The notes under the pieces are model-generated. The model made no database searches and was not told the origin of the DNA. It was given only the letters and a program-made list of their open reading frames with translations. Source: Raillietiella orientalis (Eukaryota). Taken from it: a DNA stretch of 64,000 nucleotides. Position 1 is the first letter of the stretch; every line of letters begins with the position of its first letter. Shown here one piece after another: positions 49,760 through 62,600 of this stretch. The position numbers were made by a program, and so were the translations under genes. The stretch is taken from contig JAYWIR010000004.1 in NCBI GenBank assembly GCA_036172245.1, positions 6,200,001 through 6,264,000 of the forward strand. Direction: 5' to 3'.

Positions 49760-51650
49760 AACGTTTATTATAAAACATAAACATAAATGTGTAGGGCTAT
49801 CGGACCTACATTGTCCGAAAATGTTCGGAAGCTGCCGAGTAACCGGCACGCAGGCCGGCGAGGTTCTCCTCGGCAGAGAAGGGGGAGGGAGCAAACAAGA
49901 ATAAAAAATATATAAACACAAAAAATATGGGGCAGATTAGAGAAGGCATCACTGTCCACAGGCGGACGTCCTCTGTATTCTTTCCAGGATGACGGTCAAG
50001 TTCCTTCCGAGTATGCCCAGGTGGGGCCATCTTGCTGCTGTCCCCAGGAAGCACAGGGCAAAGCAGATGGCATCCCCACCGCGCCGTCCTCCCCTTGAGT
50101 AGCTTCAGGCCATCGCAATCTCACGTAGGCAGCAAAGAGCTGCTAGGGATGAGGCAGGCGAAAAGGCTCTTTATCATGTCCCAGGGATTGTCCGTGGGTG
50201 CACCAAGGACCGTTGAGTGACGCAAACACAGGGGCTGGAGTCTACAAGCAGGTGCGAGAGGGATTCCTGCTCAGTTGGGGTCCACAGCCCCCTGAGTCCA
50301 GGGCGTTGCACAGGATACCCTAGTGCAACAACAGAAGTTCCGCCACCCGTGAGTTCAGGGGGATAGTCCGGTCCTTCATCAGCGCCAAGGGCCACTTAAG
50401 GTCATACTGTAGGATTCCCTGCAGCTCATCCCAGTGCAATAGTCCTTTCGGGGGGTCACTTGGGGTCGCAGCGTCGTGAGCCGGCCCGTAGTCAAACCAC
50501 CTAATTCCTTGGCTCTTCCACCGATCTCACATTGCACCTCCCATTTGACGAGCCGGCTCCTGCTCAAGTGCTCCCCGAGGGAAAACAGCGCTGAGGCTAT
50601 GAAGGTTCTTTGTCTCCACGCTCACGTGGGCTGCACGTTGATGTCCTGCAGCAAGTGGTTGTTGTAGAAGAGCGCAGCAGTCACTGCCGCATCTCCGGGC
50701 TCTCTTCGTTGTTCTTAGCCCACGTGCGAATGGTTTCCTGCAACCAGACACTACTGTTTGCGAGCCGGCAGAAGATCCAGTTGTTGGTCCTGGTCAGCTT
50801 GATTACTCACCGGAGCCCCAGTTTGCAGCTGAACACTTTGAGTCTGCGCTGCCGCTCCAGGAACAAAAACAGCCCCGCGCAAGCGGTGGCTCCCTTGACC
50901 AGGTATCGTGCGGACTCGCACCAGTTCGTGCTCCAAAGCTTTGCTACTAGGACAAGCGTCCTCCACTGAAGCTGCCTCTCCAGGCTCTCCAGCATCAGGC
51001 GGCAGAGGTCTCCGTCGCGACGCGAAGGCTCACGAGTCCTTCAGGCTGATTCAGGGCTTCCCTTTGCCCCAGAGGGCGATTCTGAGGAGGTCCTCGTCTG
51101 CCTTTTAATGCTACTCGATGGGGGGCAAACATGAAGCAGGGGGCGGAAGAAGGGACTACAAACGCGTTTCACATCGAGGCTCGTTCCGGCAACTTGCGAT
51201 CCTGGAATGGGCCGATCGCCGACTCTCTTGGACCACACCTCCGCCTGAGAATAGTGAACCGCTTGTTGTATCTCCTGAAGGACTCGTGGTCCTTTCCTTG
51301 TATGTAGAGACCTCCGTGTCCCCCGTCTGGCGGAAACAGTAGTTTGCTGTTTCTGCACTGGAAATTCCAGTGCAATCAGCGCAGACACCTGGTTTCTGGG
51401 TGAGTTGCCTCTTCGAACTATTTGAGGTGCGGGGCGATGGAATCGCACCTTTTGTTGGACTGCAGTACCCTGGAGCACTTGTGGCGCTACAACAACCGCA
51501 GGACACCGCTTTGGACTTGTTGCAATGCTTTTCCACCGAAGGTGGCTGGAGAAGAGCGCTAGTATTGCAACAATTTGTTGCATCCGTGCCATAGTGATAG
51601 CTCGTCACGTGTTGGAGTCACCTTGCGGTGAATAGAGGTCACAAGCATGG
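49760..51650 (-). mobile_element. Decayed RLE-type non-LTR element (RT end, zinc knuckle, RLE, 3' UTR)
   Basis: In order: PQGDS, SPKRC (~N..KC), HYSQAEVWSK (~S.L.PWQK), NWIFCRL (~DWRFIHRARL), ARRCG (~CRRCG), LRPQV (~LRPD), SVVALG..GLWTPTEQESLSHL (~G.W.P.N...L), then a T-rich 3' UTR ending in AATAAA at ~49765-49770. Confidence 0.55.
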
Positions 51651-52499
51651 CAGCAACCCTCATGAGGTGCCCAGCAAGGTGGACTCATCTGACAGAAGTC
51701 GCCAGGGAGATCTCCACCGTCCACAACCGCTTCTAGAGAGGAAGGCACGTCTTCAACCAAACACTCCTGTACCCATCCTCCCGTCCTTTGAATTTATTCA
51801 TTCCCCCTTTGCTCCGTTCCCTACTTTTTGGAAGTTCTTTTTTTGGGGGGAGGGGGGGAATTTCTAGTTTTTGAGAGGGACTCTTCTTCCCCTGTTATTT
51901 GTAGTTTGTTTTTTTCAAACAAATGGTCCTAATGTCCACGGGTTAAAACTAGATCGGAAGAAAGGTCCCAGGAAGGCCGAAATGGCGACGTGGCGGTAGC
52001 GGCACGTGAATTCCTGGAGTCTCAGGCATGGTTTCGACCCGATCGGTGGCCTCGAGAATAATCCGGCAGTTTTTGGCGGACGCTTCTTTACAGTCCACAG
52101 CTGACTCTTTCAGGGGACAACTGAAGGGAATCACGCTGTTGGAGCTGGCGTGAGTGGCAATCGAATGCTCGACTGGAGCCCCAATGCAGTGCTTCATCTC
52201 CGTGAATCTGAGATAACTTGTCTTCAGACACCTCCACCATGCCTGAAATGATTAGAGAAAAAAAAACGTAGGAAACCTCGTGTGCCTCTTGAGACCCTCC
52301 TTGAAGCAGCACTTTTGTTCGAACCGGCATGAAGGTTTTTCCGCACTGTGGTTTTGTGCCATCACCGTTTCTCTTTGTGCTGACCACAGGCGTTTCCTCT
52401 TCATCTCACGGACATTTTTCGGTCCAGGATTTCTCCTACCGATGGCGCGCTTTAGACCCACACTCACACCTCTCCAGTCACAAGGAAGCTCACTAGCTC

Positions 52500-53950
52500 G
52501 ACCCGGAAACCTTCCTATGGGGGCTCCGCGTTCCGGAAGATCAGGCAGCCGAGCAGATCCAGAACAGTCAGGTGCGAATAGGCAAGGAGGAGGAGGGGGA
52601 GAAGGAATAATTCGCGGTGACAGTCGAGGAAGGGAGATCTCGGGGGTGCGCTCCAGGAGCTGCTAGAGCGTGGACCGCGAGCGAAAGATGGGGGAAGAAG
52701 ACGCAGGTTCTCAGCTTCCAGCCTCCCGGATCTCCACACCCGGAGACTCCGTCTCCTCTCGTGCTTACTGGGAGGGGAAACGAGGATCTGAGTTTTCCCA
52801 TCCTATCTTCCCCTCCGCGGAGCACTCCGGAAGGGAGGCGGAGGCAGAACCCCGGTTGTCCGAGCCGCCCCTATCCGAAAGATGCGAAGATCCGGGAAAA
52901 ACAAAGGCGTCCGTTCCGGGAGAGCATCCGTCATTCTGGAGCGGCTCTGGGAACTCCCCGCGGCTCCGGAAGACGGATGGCGAACGAAAGGGCGCTTCTG
53001 AGTTTATCAGAGAAGAGCGAAAAGACCCAGGGCTGAGAAGGGCGGCTGTTCCTGGAAGTGCCTGACCGTGCTCCAGAAAGGAGGCGGCAGGAGCAGCGAG
53101 GAAGGAGTGGGAGACGAAACTCCGTGCTCAGCCAGGCGCGGAGTGTTCCCAGTAGTCCCCCTGGAGTGCTTTTCGTGACCGATCTGAGGTCTTGCCTGCT
53201 ACGCTTATCCGACGGCACTAATCAGCTCTTTGGCCCTCTCTTCCCGCCTTCACTTGCAGAGGCTCCCGCAGCCATCGGAAAACTCCCGACTGCACTCCCA
53301 AGCTGTCGCTTTTACTTCGCATTCTGGAACCCACAGACGTCTCGAGTTCAGGGTCAGGGGAGGGATGAAATGCGCCAAGGCGTCCTCTAGTAAAATGGGG
53401 TGAGACCTGTGGAGGAGGCGGAAAAAAAAAGGTGTACCGAGCTGATCCGACCGCACCCGGATTTCTAGTCCCTCATTTGACGAAGAGGCCGGACTTGCCT
53501 TCCAGGAAGACGGGGTGGAGATTCCAGGGAGCTCGGCGGGAGCCAAAGGACGAAGGTCCCGGAGAGTTCACTCTGCCACGTGCCAGGGGGAGAGTCGGGG
53601 ATCAGATGAGGAGAAGAGGAAGAGGAACATGAGCAGCCTGAGGTCCTCGTCTCTTCCTGCCTCCTCCCACTGACGCATACTCAAGGCAGAAACGATCTTC
53701 GTTCTGGAGCCCTGAAGGACCTCGTTCCCAGTCCCGGTGCTCTCGGGCACTCCGTCCTGCCCAATTGAGGCTGCGTCGCACGAGAAAGTGTCTCAGCCAC
53801 ACAGGGAAGTCCATCCACGGCGGGCAACTCCAGATGCCAACTAAGCCACCGCAGAGATGTTTCTCGTAAAGTTGACCACATCGCAAAGCAGTGGCTGCTG
53901 CATGGCAAGGTCGCTGACATACAGAAAACTGCCCTTCCTCAGCTTCTGTC
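52500..53950 (-). mobile_element. Decayed RLE-type non-LTR element (possible N-terminal zinc finger plus RT)
   Basis: Cys/His-rich stretch at ~53750-53950 (LRCGQLYEKHL), then KSTPGG (~APGPDG), NSRP..SDKL (~NWRPI...YKL), PGAHPRDLPS (~GVKQGDPLS), LLAYSHLTVL (~LAYADDL.L). Confidence 0.45.
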
Positions 53951-56900
53951 CCCTGCTGTGACCTCGTCCACACCCGAGGGTGCCCGTCTAGGAGCTCCCA
54001 TCCCTCCCTTGAGCTTCCAGAATCCCTCCCACCCCAGCCCCTGCGCGCCGTTCGTCCACCACAGTCTTCCGCTCGTCTGCTATCAATTCCCGTGCCTGAA
54101 AAATTCCGTCATGCTGGTGATGAGTTTTCCCGGGAGGAAGGCGCTTTCGCGAGGGGACGCGACTTGTCCGGGAGACGAATTGGAGCCGGCGGGCGATTCT
54201 TCCAGAGTGCACAGGAGGGCCAGGAAAGTAGGGCCGGCGTTGGCCTGGGAAGTAGGGAAAGTCGCGCCTTCGCCCACCGGATGAGCTGCTCATCCTGCGT
54301 ACTGGTACGGCCCCCGCCGCCCTCTCTCCTCTCTTGCGGTGTTGAAAGACTTCGCCGATCTGGAGTAAAGCAGGAGCTGGGCTAAAAAGTAAGGCCTGAG
54401 GGCGGCAGGGCGGATTGGAACCAGAACCAATGAACAGCTGCCTGAGGGGGCTGCCGATCTCCTCCCCTTTTCTGCCACTTCGGCACCGTCCTCTCGCGGG
54501 AGGGCCTCTCGGAAAGCCGAGTGCGGAACGACTAAGCTTCCGTCCCACGTCTGGGTCTGGTCTCCCCCTCCTTCATCAGATCCTGGTGGCAGCTGAAGAG
54601 GGGGTGCTGCTGCGCGTGCCACCTACCCCCGCACGGCGGTGGTGCTTCCCGGACGCGCGAGCGTCCCGGTCGCGGAAGGGGACTCGAATGCATCGCAGGA
54701 AATTGTGAGGCAAGGGAGGGGAGGCAGGGAGGCAGGGAAGGATGGATGGGAACCTGCTCGTCTACGCTCCCGGGAAGGGACGTCTCCAGACAACGGTCCG
54801 CGTCATTATTCCTCGGCGATAATTCTGCGAGGCACATCCATAATTGATTGAGCGAGCGCGGCGAATGGCTGCAGCTAGCGACGCAACATGGTCAAGGGTT
54901 TTTTGGAGGAACCGGCGCGTCCTTGCCGAGTTCCCGTCTTTCTCACTACAAGGCATGCGTGGAATCCCTCCTATATTTGATCCAGAGTGCATCCTCGCCC
55001 TTCACTCCATCCTCACGAAGAAGTCCCGCGGACCGCTTCCTCGAACCTGCCGTGCTTCCGCGAGTTGCGCCTCCGGTGTTCCCGCGGAGGAAAATGCCCA
55101 GGTTCCCGGCGTTTCCTGCGAGAGCCACTTCCGAGCAGCAACAAGGAGGAGCGAGCCGGAAGCCGCTCTGAAGAGACGGGCCACCACCCACCCTCCCGGC
55201 GGCAGCAGCATGCTTGCCTTCGGGTGGCTGCTGAAAGGTGCGCTCGCTTGCCTGCTGCTGCTGCAGCAGCAGCGGCATCAGAAATGGTGAGTTGGCTCGA
55301 TGCGCCTGGCGGGGGGATAGCGGGAACGGACTGTCGGGTTTCTTCGATCCCTCTCGCAGTTCCGGGCTCGAGAGGGAATTTCCGCTGCCTTCCGGCCTCG
55401 CGCTCCGCGCGCGTGGGGAGGGGAGGTGACGACACCCGGACGGCAAGAGGAGGTGTCCGTCGTCCGGGGGAAGGAGGGAGGGAAAGAGCTCGCGTGGATC
55501 CACCTCGCCCCCTCTGTGGCGCACATGCGTCTGTGCCTCGCGCAATCAGCTCTGTCGGCTGCAGCAACGCGTTCCGAATGCGAGCGTGCTGAGGCACATC
55601 CCTAAGGGAGCTAACGAGGGTTGGCGGAAGCTCCCCGAAGATGAAGTCGTGTGTGAACTGGATGGATCCCCTCAGTGACCGCGCGCCCTGAACATGTGAG
55701 TAGAAATGACCACCACACATGCTGACGAGAAGCCGTGCGGAGAGCAGATGGTGAGATCCCCTCGCATTTCCCGATGGCTCGCCACATGCCAAACCGAAAA
55801 GGGGAAGGGTTAAGGGAGTGACAGAGCCTTTGGGGTTTCTGCTCTGATCCTGAAGAGGAGTTGCTGTTTCCCGAGGGGTTAGAAAGTAGCCCCAAGTCAA
55901 CACTTTACAGAGGAGGCACAGGGTGGGTGCTCGTGCTAGACGGAGTCGCTCCTTCGGTCTAATGACGCCATACTCAGTTATGGCGAAACCGAGTCGTGTC
56001 CTTCGAGTTTGGAGAGAAGGGAGAGGAGGAAATCCACACGCTGCCATGGCTTCAGGTCCCACAACAGCATCAGGTCCCCCAAAAAGACAAAGCTCGCCTT
56101 TTTCCCTTTGCTTTGGAATTCCTCAAATTTCATTCCTTGTGAAGAAAAAGCACTCGAGCACATCAAAGACGATAAGACTCGGGAAAAGGGAACAAGATGC
56201 CGATTCTAGAATGGTCCTTCCTTCCAACTGCCGGAGCGAGTTTCGCATCTGTGCTCTTCCAACTCCTCTCCAGTCTTGGTTCCCTCCATGTCCGCTCGAA
56301 TGTCCTTGTTGCACCGAAACGACTAGTCCTGAGGCTCAGGACGAATTTCCAAGTGGAGATCGCAAGAGCAGTAAATGGTAATAGTGATGGTAGAATTATG
56401 AGAAGAATGAGATCCTGCATGTTGCGGAGAAATGACAGAATAGGAAACGCTGACCTTCCTCCTTGCCTTCCCGCCCCTTGCACAAACTGGGAAAGTATGC
56501 GAAAGTCACTCCCTACGGAACGCTGAAAAGAATAAAAGCAAAAAGGGATCGGTGAACCTTTGGCTCAACGAGAGCGCGTGCTGTGCTTCAATGGAGCGAT
56601 GTCACAGCTATCTCGAGATCACTGCTCAACAATGAAATCATTAGAAACGAAGCACCATGATGACTTTCTTAGCTTAGAACATGTGCATGATCAGTGTGTA
56701 GAAGAGGCGGTACTGTTTAAGAAGTTTCAGGCAAATCAAAGGATGCTCCAAGCGGTTTCTTAAGGAAGCTCTTCACTGTTTTCCTCCTAAGGAAGGAGAT
56801 TGTAGATGCAGATGAAAGCATCCATACCTCCATCCATCCAGTGCATGAGAACAGAATGGCAATCCATATGTGCAGTTGTGCCTTCCGAAGTAGCTTGAGG

Positions 56901-59521
56901 TGTGCACAAGAAATGTGCCAAGGTGCCAGAAGTGGATCGAAGTTTCCATGTCTTTCGGATCTCTTTGCAGAAGGATGCTCCCGGAACTGCGAACCGACCA
57001 CCAACCACTACCGAAAACAAAGTTAAGCCCTTTTGGTTCCTGTTCTGAAACGAACAGTTTAACAGAAAGCACAGAAGCGGACCCATTGAAAAGCGGGAGA
57101 AGGCAGCCACATCTCAGTGGCCGGGCACTAAGCCACGAAACAGGTTTAACACCGGAGGCTGCGAGAGATCTTCAGTTAGCAGCAAGCCTTGCCGACGAAA
57201 GCTAGCAAGTTGCACGTCTCGTTGGTATTCGAGCGCTCTTTTTCTGCCGAGATGTGCAGTTCGCATCTGCACAGCTTGTGCCAGATGACTTCATGAAGCG
57301 GACTCTATGCTCTTCGACCTTCCCTCTGTGATTTCCAGTTTCGTGGAAGAACCCCTCTACCAAGAACCCCTCTACTGCTGCAGGCTGTACTGTAAGTGCA
57401 TCTAACAATGCATACACGTGCTTGTACATGGAAATGAAATACTGAAATGAGTGGAATAAAAAAGGTGGATGTAGCCATGGCTACCATTTCGGACATGGCA
57501 AGGAGAAATCATGGTATGAACTGAAACCACGGGAAGCCTCCCTATCCCTATCCTGGAAAACTTCGAAGTGATTGGGCTGTCTCCGTACAATGCGAATCAA
57601 AGCCGTCGAATGGAAACTCATAACCCAAACCTAAAACAAAACAGATAAATGGACCATGCTGTGAATGAAGCTAGAAGGCAGAAAACATCCCTCGTTTCCT
57701 CATCAGCTGCAGCTCTTTCACACAGAGATTCTTTATTTTTATTGTGAATTTGCAGTGAAACTTTGCAAACATTTGAACCTCTCTCAAGGATTAGTAGCCC
57801 GTGCTGCGTTGCTGTATTGCTATTTTGAACGGGAACGCTGGCTACGCACAGATGCAGGTCCTGTCTGTGTACTGAAAATAGCCAGTACAACAAATTGCCG
57901 CACATAAACACTTTTCTTTTTTTTTAGAGACACGATGATTTATAGTACTGAGCGCAGCATACTGTGAGCTATATGTAAACAAAATCAAAATTTCATCATA
58001 GGTGAATCTTTCGGTCTTAGAGCGCTTCTAGCTCGACTCAGAAATTGTCGCGACTCCCCGTAAACCAACTCCCCACCGAAGAGTGAAGATGAAGGAAAAG
58101 AAAGATAAATGGGCTCTTCAGTATCAAATGTTGAAATGGATGGTGACTGAACAGAGTACCCATAGAGTCTCAGAGTCGTCCATTCTGTAGGGGTTGGAGC
58201 AGAGCTTATGACCGCACAGGGATACCGGGAGAGAAAGAAAACCAAGACCAAAACGGAAGGTGTTCAAGTGTGCCTGCGCACAGTGTTGGTAGAGAAGAAA
58301 GTGCCCGATTCAGCCGTTGGGTTATTTCATCTCACTATTTGTTGAATTCTTCAAAATTGAGGAAAGGGAGGTGGGCAAAAATTCAAGGCTCAAGGAGCCG
58401 AAAGAACGGCGTGATGTCCCTAGGGAGACAACCATTCTTATTATCGACTCTTTGCTATATTAGCTTTGCTGCCTGCAGTCAAGGATTACGTTTTGGGGCA
58501 ATTCCTTTGAAAAATTACAAAACTTTTCCGAAAAAAATTTCGGAATTTCGGATGCAGTGACAGATCACATTAAGCTCCCAACAGAATGATTAACCCAGGA
58601 AACTGAGCCAAATGTTGCTTGATGACTTTTCCAGCAGACATGGTCAGGACTTCAAGGGTTGTACTGCAATTCTTTCGTGAGATTATCCTTTCCCTTTGTT
58701 ACCCTCGAAAAATAGTAGTGTTATAAATTACCTGTCCTATCGGGAGTTCAAATGGTAGAGGAGTAACGTTCCTTTAATCCTCATAGGAACTGTCACGTTC
58801 CTGGAAATGGAAGAAAACTCTATACTTGGACTTCAGGCTCACGAATGTACGTGTGAAGGAAACCTGACTTGAGGTGTCCTGAGTATTCGCTTTTGGTAGG
58901 AGTGGAGAGCGAAAGGGAGTCGCAAATCCGCCGCAAGTGAATTGCATAAAGATCAATAAGTGAAAGTGATGACTATCCTTGAACCGTAGATGAGTTTTCA
59001 TGGAAGACTCGATAAATGTTTTCCGTGGGTGACCTTTTCAATCGCGAGAAAGTGACCTTGCTAAAGGGAAGCGAATCTGTTAGCAGACGAAGAAAGGAGA
59101 CTGCGGTGTTGCCGCTTCCCGGAGAGGCATGCACACCATCAGGAAAGCCCTCTGCCATCACTTCGAGGCAAGGAAACCAAAGGGTTTGAGGATTTTGTGG
59201 GACGGGACCATCATGCTGGCGGTAGCTTTACAAACACGTTCCTTAATCTCGTCAGCGGTAATGGCTTTCGATTGCTAGCGTCGAATTTTCTCATTTCTTG
59301 GGAAGACCTTAGTCAGGAGACAGATATCACTCGTGTGCATCTGCATCCGAAATAGGATTTTCCAACGGGAAGCTAGACGGTTTTCGGGAAGAAGACATGC
59401 TCGGCTGTAGAAGACATTTCCAAGCTGTTCCATTGGGGAGAGGGGGGGGGGATGCTGAATTTTGAGTTGCTACGCTTCATCTTAGTCGTTCTATATAAAT
59501 GAAATCGGTAAAGTGTTCTAG

Positions 59522-59664
59522 GAATGAGGCATGCGGGAAGAGAATCGGGAAATTTAAAATTTTCACTCAAAAATCGTCCCAACCATGAAATCGACGTCGT
59601 CCGGGTCGCTGTAAATCACACCGCCACTCTGCACTGCATCGTTCCCAAACACCACAGCTCAACG
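59522..59664 (+). CDS. Dpr/ZIG-8-like exon encoding the first half of Ig1 (probably a second gene continuing beyond the window)
   Basis: Acceptor GTTCTAG| (alternative AG at 59484-59485 not excluded), strong donor ACG|GTGAGT, ends in phase 0. Translates MRHAGRESGNLKFSLKNRPNHEIDVVRVAVNHTATLHCIVPKHHSST, with the V.V....TA.LHC.V pattern that precedes VSW in Dpr/ZIG-8 Ig1. Confidence 0.65.
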
Positions 59665-62600
59665 GTGAGTATGCTGCTGACTTGTGAGCTGTCTGTCGAA
59701 TGCGCTCGCTTCTGTTCCTCCGTTCGTGATGTAATTTTGCCAGGAATTCGCCTTTTCATGTGAGTAGAGGAAAACCGGATGCCGAGGTTGCTGCCAATGT
59801 AGCGAGAGACGCGCCGTGGTGCGGCTGTCACACGCAGTCTCTGTAAACAAATCCTCAACCCGCGGACGTTTCCGTGCGGCCATTTTAAGCCGAGGAGCAC
59901 ACAGCTCCGATGGATTGCTTTCAAGTGCTCTCTCTCCGGGTTCGCTTTGAAATCAGAAAAGCATCTTGTCTTGCAAGACCTCTAAATCGACCGTTAGTTT
60001 CAAGATCTTTCTCGTAGCTATCAGAGGCAGCCTCTGATGTTCGAAAACCACGCATCCTGCCCTTCCAACCCAGCAGTCGCTTTCTGACGTGCAATGTAGG
60101 AAGAGTTCCTGTAAAACTCTTGAAATTGCTGCTATGGGCTCACCAGAAAATTAAAAATAAAAATAAAAAACGAATGCCGGTAGATCTTGCTAGGAAAGGC
60201 ACGTTTTAAAGCGTTGAAATGCTTGAAGTTTATTTCATGTTTTTTTTTTTTTTTCCACTTGAAAGTAAAAATGATCAGCAAACACTTGAATAAGGAGCAC
60301 AAGAAGAATTTTTCCTGTCGTTGATCTCAGGGAACGTTGTTGATGATGATTCTTTCAAATCTCGTTTGCGAAAAAACCGTAGAGTTCCAGGTATCTTTTC
60401 CAAATATTCCAAGTCCACTCGCGCCTTGCCAGTTTCAAAGTTTGCATGAACTGGTTACACTTTGCGTGTTACCTTAATGTCGGCCAGCCGGAGGATTCTT
60501 TGTAAAGTGTCCATAAAAGCTCTTATGCTTTGTCTTGGAACCAAAAATAAAATTGTTGCACAGAGCGGAAAATGCAGATTTTCATTTGTTTTCTTTTATT
60601 CTCATCAAGAACGTTCGGCAAAGCTGCTTTTCGCGCGCCTAAAAGACATTACGCGTAAGAATAACGTGGAACATGGATAAACATGTGCTTGTTAGTCTGA
60701 TATTATTTACATCCTTCCTCTAAGGGGGTACGCCGTATCATAATACCATTTAGCGTTGATCTGCACAGCAAGATCTCAACGAACGCTTTAATAAGCTATG
60801 CTACTTTGCTATCCCATATTCATGTGCAAATCTGCAGTCTAAAGTGCTCCCGAAAAATTGGAATCTCCTATGCAAGTAATGGAACTCAATTCAGAGGAAA
60901 TGTAAAATGCTCCCTAATAGTTGCGCTCATCTTGCTTCTCTTCTTCTTTCTTTCTTTCGCCGATATGCCACTAGACAACTGCATCTCATGTTTCAGCCAC
61001 GCTCACGCAAATCTCTTGTGTTTGCCTTAAGCACTTGAATGGATTCATGAAAATCTGCAAGATCAACTTGGGCAACACTTCGAAAACCGAATCAGCTGCC
61101 CATTTTCCAAAAAAAAAAAAAAAAATTCCTCGTTCTTTTCGCAGAAACCTCTTGTAGATTTTATCTGAAACCGCGAGAGTTTCGAAATCCAGACCATCTT
61201 CTTACGCGGAATGAAACACCCGAAAGGCATTTTACAAAAATCCGTCTTATTTTCTGACGTGCTTAACCCGGAAAAACAGTGTTTCTCGTTTAATTTAAAT
61301 GAAACCGGGAAACTGCACCAAAAATTCCCTGCAATGTTGCTGCTTCGAGTTACAAAGTGTTTACTTTCCGCCGACGTATTCAGTTAATGAACAGGCGCGG
61401 ACTTTTCCTCTCTCCCCAAGCTGATTTTCGTAAAACCTGGGAAGTGAGTCAGTTGACCTTTCCTCCTTAATCATACGAGGGAAAACTCCAACTTTTTGGT
61501 GAATCTATAGCGACCTGGAATATCGTATCCTTGAAATCTTTCTAAAGTGCGCTCACTGTTTGTTTTGCAACTGGAAGTGACTTCATATTAAGATCCTTCA
61601 GAAATATTTTTCAGCTTCGGTTTCGTAACACGTTAAAAGAGGGTAAAATCCATATGTAAAAATGTAATTTAAAATGTTTATATATACTCTTTTTTCCGGT
61701 ATTTAACGAAAATTGCAAAATCCCCTAGTGCTCATGATAAAAATAATCATGTCTGCTCCAGTGATCTTAAAACCCTGGATAAAAAAAAATATATATATAA
61801 GCATTCCAAGTACGAGTTTCAATAACTTTCATTTTCATGAATTGGGAAGAATAGAAATCAAATCATTTTCCAACCAAACCTTTGCGTTCCAATCACTTTT
61901 GATAAATGAGAAACCGACCCCTGGAATATGCTGATGGGATTACTCAAAATGATGACGTCACCTTTTGAACAAACGAAAAACTTGTAAACAAACTTCCTTG
62001 GCTTCTTTACTTTGCAAGACAGTATTCTTTTCGAGGAAGAAATTAATTACCAAAAATTTCTTGCGATGGAGTGCCCCATTTTAGTAAGCAATATTCTTCA
62101 GTAATAGCACCTTCATTCTTCATTGAAGAATCTTACTCTGTTGAATGGAAAAGCCATTGTCACATTTTAAACATTACATGGTATATTGAGACTGCTATGC
62201 TCATCAATGAACGACGTTGCACTGTACAGCAAAATTTGTCAAGATTCAATACTTTGGTTCGGCAACACCTACTTAGATGCTGACTGTGGCCACTGATATT
62301 ACAAAATGACATAGTTTCTGTTGTACGATTTGAAGCAATTCGAAGAACGCAGATCTTAAATTCTACGTGCTCTCAAAACATCTGTTCATCTCAATGAAAA
62401 ATACACGAATTTTGTATCAGTACTGCCAAGTTTTTAGCAATCTGGAAGATACAAGTGATTTTACTGTTTTGACGGTGAGAGAGCATCGAATATGATCCAA
62501 ATGCCAATGCATATGCATGCATACCACAAAAATCCTCGAGATTCTACTAGTCAACACTTTTCTGAAAAAGTCAGTCAATACGAGCCCCACATTCAGTGAA

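Noticed and set aside
373..56500. Many long overlapping ORFs (e.g. 4945-5943, 3896-4750, 55013-56062)
   Set aside because: R/P/S/G-rich, open on several frames and both strands in GC-rich decayed repeat DNA; no coherent domains beyond scattered retroelement motifs.
60806..61030. Hydrophobic stretch LIVALILLLFFFLSF as a TM or GPI exon
   Set aside because: Arises from a T/C-rich tract with no convincing splice sites, and it would fall in the middle of Ig1 of the second gene.
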